Part shown: positions 62,686 to 64,000 of the stretch, piece by piece
Layout: each line of letters opens with the position of its first letter
How positions within the stretch are numbered: position 1 is the stretch's first letter
Position numbers and translations under genes: made by a program
Assembly: GCA_049852185.1 (NCBI GenBank)
Contig: CP187540.1
Direction: 5' to 3' (one strand)
DNA: 64,000 nt
DNA from: Methanocaldococcus sp. 28A
Lineage (GTDB): Archaea; AGJL01; Methanococci; Methanococcales; Methanocaldococcaceae
Notes under the pieces: model-generated
Databases searched by the model: none
Told to the model about the DNA's origin: nothing
The model's input: the letters and a program-made list of their open reading frames with translations, nothing else

Positions 62686-64000
62686 AATAAAAATATTTCT
62701 ATTATCTTTAGTTTTAATTTCAAGTGTTTATGCTTTACAAATAGGTGAAATTCAGTATCAACCAAATATTATTCATCCAGGAGATGATGTAGATTTGTGG
62801 ATTAAAATAACTAATGATAATTATAACAATGAAGTCAAAAATATAGTTGTTGAGATTTCCCCTCATTATCCATTTGAGTTAAAGCAAGTAAATCCAATTA
62901 AGGGCATTGCTAAAATAAGCCATCTAAATCCTGGAGAATCAGATATTGTACATTTCAAACTACATGTAAACGAAAATGCCCCTTCTGGAGATTATAGAAT
63001 AGATGTAAAGGTAAGTTATGATGAGATTGAGAAAGAGAATGGTGAAGAGATAACTCACCACTATGAATTTACTAAACCTTATTATCTCCATGTTTATGGA
63101 ATTGCTAGTTTTGAGATTAATGGGAATTTTAGCTTAATTCCTTCAAAAACCCAAACAGTTCCAATTATAATTAAAAATACTGGAACAGGGACTGCTAAGG
63201 AAGTTAATGTGTATATAGGATATTCTTTAAACTCAATTAATGCAGGAACTGAATCAACAACTATCTCTGCTTATGGGACAACACAAAACATAGAAAAAAC
63301 TATTTACTATCCCACCCCTATTCCTATGTCTAATCTACCAATCTCACCAGTTGGAGAAACAACGTATTACTTAGGAGCCTTAAAACCTGATGATAGTAGA
63401 GTAATTAATTTAAAATTATACACTGCAAGCAATTTAGTTGAGGGTGTTTATCAAATTCCAGTAGTGATTACATGGATAGATGAAGATGGAACAAAAAGGG
63501 CAGAGCAAATATCTATTGGAGCTTATGTAAAAGGAGATATCTTATTGGGAATATCTAATGTTGTTACTGACCCAAAAGAGATAAAGCCAGGAACCACCTA
63601 TGTGAGAATTGATGTAACAATAACTAACAATGGTCATGCAGAGGCAAAGGATGTTAAATTAAAATTAATAGCGAATAAACCATTTAAAGATAGCTGGAGC
63701 AACTGTAATATAAAAGATATTGGCAACTTATTACCAGGAGTTTCAAAAACTGTCTCTTTCTATGTAGATGTAGATAAATATGCCCCTGCAAAACACTATA
63801 AGCTTCCAATTGAAATTAGCTATTTAGACCCCTCAGATAAAGAATACAAAACTGAAAAATTTATAGATATCTATGTTAAACCAAAGCCATTATTTGAGAT
63901 TATAACAAAAGAAGTTAATGTAACTGCTGGAAAAGAAAACACCGTTTATATAAAAATAAAAAATATAGGAAGTGAGAAGGCAGTGAGGGTTAAGATTTCA
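62672..64000 (+). CDS. COG1361 S-layer-like secreted protein (truncated by the window edge)
   Basis: ATG at 62672 gives signal peptide MLTNKIKIFLLSLVLISSVYA, then repeated Ig-like units (PGDDVDLWIKITN, IKNTGTGTAKEV, ITNNGHAEAKDV). Confidence 0.87.
   Translation, partial: MLTNKIKIFLLSLVLISSVYALQIGEIQYQPNIIHPGDDVDLWIKITNDNYNNEVKNIVVEISPHYPFELKQVNPIKGIAKISHLNPGESDIVHFKLHVNENAPSGDYRIDVKVSYDEIEKENGEEITHHYEFTKPYYLHVYGIASFEINGNFSLIPSKTQTVPIIIKNTGTGTAKEVNVYIGYSLNSINAGTESTTISAYGTTQNIEKTIYYPTPIPMSNLPISPVGETTYYLGALKPDDSRVINLKLYTASNLVEGVYQIPVVITWIDEDGTKRAEQISIGAYVKGDILLGISNVVTDPKEIKPGTTYVRIDVTITNNGHAEAKDVKLKLIANKPFKDSWSNCNIKDIGNLLPGVSKTVSFYVDVDKYAPAKHYKLPIEISYLDPSDKEYKTEKFIDIYVKPKPLFEIITKEVNVTAGKENTVYIKIKNIGSEKAVRVKIS

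Overview
AT-rich archaeal chromosome segment. Gene content (mer, cofH, comC, beta-RFAP synthase, ADH synthase, F420H2 oxidase, Ptr2), GGTGA ribosome-binding sites and the CRISPR repeat type point to a hyperthermophilic methanogen, most likely Methanocaldococcus. About 60 mostly housekeeping CDSs are present, including two missing from the ORF track (a Trm112-like gene, and a COG1361 gene running off the right edge). The window also holds an initiator tRNA-Met, a probable H/ACA guide sRNA, and an orphan 10-repeat CRISPR array with no cas genes in view. The intergenic DNA is heavily colonised: two families of ~90-115 bp palindromic MITE-like repeats (about 9-10 copies or fragments each) and decayed ISH3, IS6 and IS481 elements, several of them nested at 46-49.7 kb. 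The most notable feature is a ~330-350 bp GC-rich cassette present as two complete copies and one end fragment. It looks like a protein-free IS607/TnpB derivative that kept its ends, a promoter and a structured omegaRNA(HgcC)-like RNA. All family assignments come from motif recognition by eye, not database searches.
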